From the NCBI GenBank assembly GCA_964404855.1, contig CAYOLO010000001.1:158245-222244 (forward strand): DNA of 64,000 bases. The letters run 5' to 3'. A program made the translations under genes and the position numbers. The stretch is from an uncultured Gammaproteobacteria bacterium. Lineage in GTDB: Bacteria; Patescibacteriota; Microgenomatia; CAYQLK01. The first letter of the stretch is position 1; each line of letters opens with the position of its first letter. Positions 59,962-64,000 of the stretch are shown here, piece by piece. A model generated the notes under the pieces. It saw only the letters and a list, made by a program, of their open reading frames with translations, did not search any database and had not been told where the DNA came from.

Positions 59962-60783
59962 TTAACTTATTGGTGGGGCTCGAGATGCGAAGATAAAGAG
60001 AAATTCAATTTTTGTTTGACTGGGAAGTAGATTATTAAAAGTAGAGTAAATGTTTTGGCTGATTATTGTCGCGTCGGAATTTGTTGTTTCTGAAGAGGCA
60101 ATAAAACAACAAGGATGGTCTGCGTGGTTGCCTATCATTAGATGGTCTGAGCTAAAGTGAACAGAGGCGTAGATTAGGGGAGTAAGTAAGCTAAATCCTA
60201 AGATAAGTGCAATTATTTTCTGAGGTTTTTTTGGGAGTTTTTTGTTCCTGCCTCGTCGGTCGAGAAACAAGATGATGGCAAATACCACCACAGCTATAAA
60301 TGCAGTTAAGTAATGAAAAAAATGTATATCTGAAGGGTTATTGTTGGTTGACTGATTTGAGTTTTGTTCTCGAGTGATTCGTAAGGTGTGGTTAATTTCG
60401 AAGGATTGGAAAGACTCGGGAGTTTTGGGTGTGCCTGTAATTTTAATAGTGTAAACATTTTTTTCTGGGAAGGTAAATTGAAATGCTGGGGCGTTAATAT
60501 CATTGGTTAAGGAAGTGGTAAATAAATCTTCGGTGTGTAGTTCAATACCATTTTTGAGAATAGTAATTTTACAAATACAATCTGCTGGATTGAATTTGTT
60601 CTCTTTGTCTTTGAATTCGAAATAAAAATTGGCTGGACTTCCAACTGGTGGATCATCGTCTGGAGCCACATGAAGTGTGGTTCCAATCGAGCCACTAGTA
60701 AGCAGGACGTGAGCAGATACTGGTTGAGTAAGTGAAAAAAAAGTGATTGAGCTGATGACTAGAGTTAGTATTGCTTTAATCAT
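59962..60783 (-). CDS. Exported His-start domain fused to DUF2946-like segment ending in RAPP
   Basis: SAHVL.., LHVAPDDDP, two TM helices, HFSSDH..NHADHPCC, terminal SRAPPIS. Confidence 0.65.
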   Translation of the reverse strand: MIKAILTLVISSITFFSLTQPVSAHVLLTSGSIGTTLHVAPDDDPPVGSPANFYFEFKDKENKFNPADCICKITILKNGIELHTEDLFTTSLTNDINAPAFQFTFPEKNVYTIKITGTPKTPESFQSFEINHTLRITREQNSNQSTNNNPSDIHFFHYLTAFIAVVVFAIILFLDRRGRNKKLPKKPQKIIALILGFSLLTPLIYASVHFSSDHLMIGNHADHPCCFIASSETTNSDATIISQNIYSTFNNLLPSQTKIEFLFIFASRAPPIS

Positions 60784-62345
60784 TTGACCTCGATGGTGTA
60801 ATTGCTAACTAATATAATGCCAGAGTGATTGAATTGTCCAAATATTCGATATGTTCCTGGCTTTACTGGGCCATAAATACCAATTGGTAAAAACTCTACA
60901 ATCGGACCGCCGTTTTGATCGGGGGAGGGAGCTGTTAAATTTGCGGGATGAACATGATAATATTCATATGATTTTTGGTTAATCATTACTAAATGACCAA
61001 AAGAACCAAGATAAGGTTTGAGATTGGTGATAGGTTGACCTGTTTTAGAGGATTTTATTTCAAACTTGAGTGCAATTTTGCCGAGTGATAGTTCTTTTGC
61101 GGTAAGTGGAGATGAGCTAGTTACATTGATTAAATAATCCCCAAATGTTTTAGCTAAGTTATTGTCTATTGGTTGAGAGGCTATTTCGTTGTTTGGATTA
61201 CTGCCGACTGGAAGAGTAAATGCAAATTGCTGTTCGATTGCTCCAAGTGGTTGAAAGTCGATATAAACACGGTAGGTGTTCTCTTTAGGAAATTGAGTAG
61301 TAATTGTAAAAGTGTTCCCGTTTTGTTCTGGGTGGATATGGTCAAAGTAGTTTAAGGTAGAGTCAACAATAATAAGGTGGGAAATTTTTTCGTTAATAAT
61401 TTGAAAAACAGAGGCTGGTTCGCCGTTACTAGCATCGTTTACTGTAAAGGTTAAGTTTTTGGTAAGAGGGTCTTTGGTGTTAGTTGTATCAAGTTTGACT
61501 GAATAACGCCTATTTCTATCACCATTAAGTCCTGGAATTTTTGAGTTGGTAGTTATGGTTGATGGTGAACCGTTTAGAGCTTGTTCGGCGAGTTTTTGGT
61601 GTTCGGCGTGGATGCCTAATGATGGTCCAATTCCAGCTGGGGCGAAGGAAAAATAGCTAGTTATACTAACAAGGGCAACAATGATTGTAAAAGTGATGCC
61701 AAACTTGGGTTGAGTAAAGTGTGTAAATTTTTGAGTTAAATATTTGTCTAGTCGATAAGCTTCCAGAAGTAAGAGAATAGTAACAAGAGCAATTGTGATT
61801 TGGGGAATAAATTCGTAGAGGTTTGAATAGTGAGTTCCAAGCATAAGAGCATGAATCAAAATAGCAATTCCTGCTAAATAAACCGTTCTGTGAAGCATTT
61901 TCCATCTCTTGTTACCGAGCTTGTCTATTATCTTGTCAAATGAAGTTAGTGTCATAATCAAAAGAACAATTAAACCAAAAAAACTGAGGCCTAGGGCGAT
62001 TAAATATTTTGAACTTAAAAATCCCAAACCTTGAAATCCTTGCAGTTGAAGAAAAAACGCTATATTTGCGTGAAGAAAAGCAAACCAAAAAGCCGACACT
62101 CCGAGTGCGCGTCTGGCCAGAATGTAAGTTGGTCTAAATGAAAGATTGGGAAAGACACTAAAAAGAGGACTGGCAATAATGGCTAAATAAAGATAAAGAA
62201 TAGCAAGTAGGGCGTAAATCTGTGTCAACCTGATAGTCGTGAGGTTGTCTGAATAGTTAAGGTTCGCAAAGATGTAGACTAATCCTGATAGAGCAACTGA
62301 ACTGACTAGGACAAAATATCGAATTTTGGTTATTACTAGACGCAT
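60780..62345 (-). CDS. MsrQ/ferric-reductase-like heme membrane domain fused to His-motif metal-binding domains
   Basis: RRALG..AF.FA.LH, LTS, WKMLHRTVY...IH; HLIIVD..FDHIHP, GHLV..YYHVHP. Confidence 0.78.
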   Translation of the reverse strand: MRLVITKIRYFVLVSSVALSGLVYIFANLNYSDNLTTIRLTQIYALLAILYLYLAIIASPLFSVFPNLSFRPTYILARRALGVSAFWFAFLHANIAFFLQLQGFQGLGFLSSKYLIALGLSFFGLIVLLIMTLTSFDKIIDKLGNKRWKMLHRTVYLAGIAILIHALMLGTHYSNLYEFIPQITIALVTILLLLEAYRLDKYLTQKFTHFTQPKFGITFTIIVALVSITSYFSFAPAGIGPSLGIHAEHQKLAEQALNGSPSTITTNSKIPGLNGDRNRRYSVKLDTTNTKDPLTKNLTFTVNDASNGEPASVFQIINEKISHLIIVDSTLNYFDHIHPEQNGNTFTITTQFPKENTYRVYIDFQPLGAIEQQFAFTLPVGSNPNNEIASQPIDNNLAKTFGDYLINVTSSSPLTAKELSLGKIALKFEIKSSKTGQPITNLKPYLGSFGHLVMINQKSYEYYHVHPANLTAPSPDQNGGPIVEFLPIGIYGPVKPGTYRIFGQFNHSGIILVSNYTIEVK

Positions 62346-62353
62346 TTTTTTGG

Positions 62354-63211
62354 TTAGTGGCGTTTTTTTCTATAAATAAAAACGCTTATGGTAAGTACTA
62401 GCAAAACAGGAATAATGTATAAAAAGGAATTGATTGTGGGTGAGGCGTTGAAGTTAGTATTTACTGGTACTTCTGGTTCGCCTGGTTGGATATTAGATAT
62501 TTCTAACTTGCCCTCATTTTCAAAAATTTAGAGGCCTGCATAGCTTGTATAGCCATTTGAGTCCGTGACTTTTAGGGTAACACCGTGAATAATGTTTTCG
62601 TCGGCAAATTTGTGGATTGGACTAGCTTCATTTGATACTTGTTCGTCGTCGAAGTCCCAAGAGTAGCTAGTAACCTGGGTGGTTGGGTCGGTGGTAACTT
62701 CTGAGATATATTTGATTGGTTTGTTGGGTTTATTATTGTCTGTTTCGACGCTGAGATTTATTTTTGGCAGTTTATAACTTGAGTCTGCAACTATATTAAT
62801 TCCGAGAGTGTTGAGTGGTTGAAAATCAGCCTGATCTGGACCTTTGACTTCAAGTAGGGAGAAATATGTTTTGGGTTCTGTAAAAGTGTGGGAGATTAGA
62901 CTGCCCGTTTCGTAATTGTCTTTATCTTGGTCGAACTTCCACCTGAACTGCGATTTTTTGAATATGTCTTCTGGAATTTGAAGAAATTTTTGAATGACCT
63001 CAAATTTAATTGGTTGGCCAGCTAAAAATGTTTCTGCAGAGTTGTCCTGCGGAATATCGAGCCTCCCTGAATAGTTGTTAAATTGATTGACAAGTGTAGG
63101 TTTGTCGTTGATGTTAATAAATGGAATGCCGCCGATGTGAGCTTGAGTGTTGGGAATATTATTAAAAAGTAAGAAGAGAAAACCAAAGGTAATAATTAGT
63201 CTACGAATCAT
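62354..63211 (-). pseudogene. PKD-domain surface protein interrupted by an in-frame TAA
   Basis: PKD motifs WKFD, YSWDFDD, VTLKVTD; frame continues after TAA 62528-62530 for 57 codons to TM-RKKRH*. Confidence 0.65.
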
Positions 63212-63279
63212 ATGTAGGTATTATATTGTTACATTGGTGTTAGGTCAAAGAAATTTTGAGCTTTAGTAAAATCGTAACA

Positions 63280-63903
63280 ATGAAGGTTTTTTTGTATTTG
63301 TATATTGGAATTGTTGTAACAATACTAGCGGTTACTGTTTTTCTTGCAGCTCGACTACCTGAAGATGATTTGACACATATTCATGCTAATTTTGGTGTTT
63401 TTGTTGATGCTCAAAAACTAGATTTTTCTGGTGAAAAATATATGCATACTAAACCTTGTTTTTCTGACTATCACACGCAAAAGCATTTTGGAGACAGGGT
63501 TCATTTGCATGACGGTATCGGTGATGTTGCGCATATACATGACTCTGGAGTGGTTTGGGGGGATTTGATGCTATATTTGGATATAAAAACTACGATTAAT
63601 GGAATTGAGTTTGGTGAAAAATTATACCCTCTCGATAGGCAGAACAAGCTAAGTTATTACATTAATGGGAATAGTGTAAACAATTTTGAATTAACAGAAA
63701 TTAATAATAACGATTCATTAATTATTGTTTTGGGTAACGAAAATTTAGACAATCTTACAGTTGGTAAAGAAAAGTTTAATCAGTTAAGTGCACAACTGTC
63801 TAATAGAAGTGAAGAGTTAAATGGTTTATCGCTGGCTGAGGCGTGTGGGGGAGGGTACAAAATGAGTTTTTGGGAGAAGGTTGCTAAGGTTTGGGGATTT
63901 TAG
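63280..63903 (+). CDS. Membrane-anchored His-rich hypothetical protein
   Basis: TM, HIHANFGVFVD, VHLHD...AHIH. Confidence 0.7.
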   Translation: MKVFLYLYIGIVVTILAVTVFLAARLPEDDLTHIHANFGVFVDAQKLDFSGEKYMHTKPCFSDYHTQKHFGDRVHLHDGIGDVAHIHDSGVVWGDLMLYLDIKTTINGIEFGEKLYPLDRQNKLSYYINGNSVNNFELTEINNNDSLIIVLGNENLDNLTVGKEKFNQLSAQLSNRSEELNGLSLAEACGGGYKMSFWEKVAKVWGF

Positions 63904-64000
63904 AGACTAACTTTGTAGATTAAAAATATTGGAGTACCTTCTTTGTCGTTAATTGTATGGATGTGAGTTTTGTCAACCGTGATTGAGGAATCTTCAACTG

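Noticed and set aside
62528-62530. Alternative genetic code or stop reassignment
   Set aside because: Single case; TAA, TAG and TGA all end conserved genes elsewhere in the window

Overview
Origin-proximal chromosome segment of a low-GC bacterium; gene content points to Patescibacteria/CPR, probably Microgenomates (inference). In order: dnaA (partial), oriC, dnaN, DciA-like gene; a ~18 kb minus-strand Patescibacteria-type T4SS-like locus (M23 protein, VirB4, PrgI, VirB6-like, six tandem VirB2/TrbC-like pilins); SpoIID protein, tmRNA, comF, smpB; six tRNAs, including all four Ser isoacceptors and Arg(GCG); dnaG-rpoD; and a copper-related cluster. The most unusual feature is an ~8 kb large-serine-recombinase island in tRNA-Ser(TGA), 30033-37985. 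It carries an intact internal inverted copy of its own end junction (attP-like), giving a 134 bp inverted repeat around the recombinase and a 312 bp inverted repeat around a restriction-modification/RloC-like cargo. The crossover lies inside the recombinase ORF, so two alternative C-termini are encoded. Other signals: fold-back echoes of tRNA ends, a length-conserved structured intergenic repeat, a RAPP arrest-like motif upstream of ycnI, an apparent ATA-start pilin, and many apparently leaderless genes. All calls are by eye, with no database searches.
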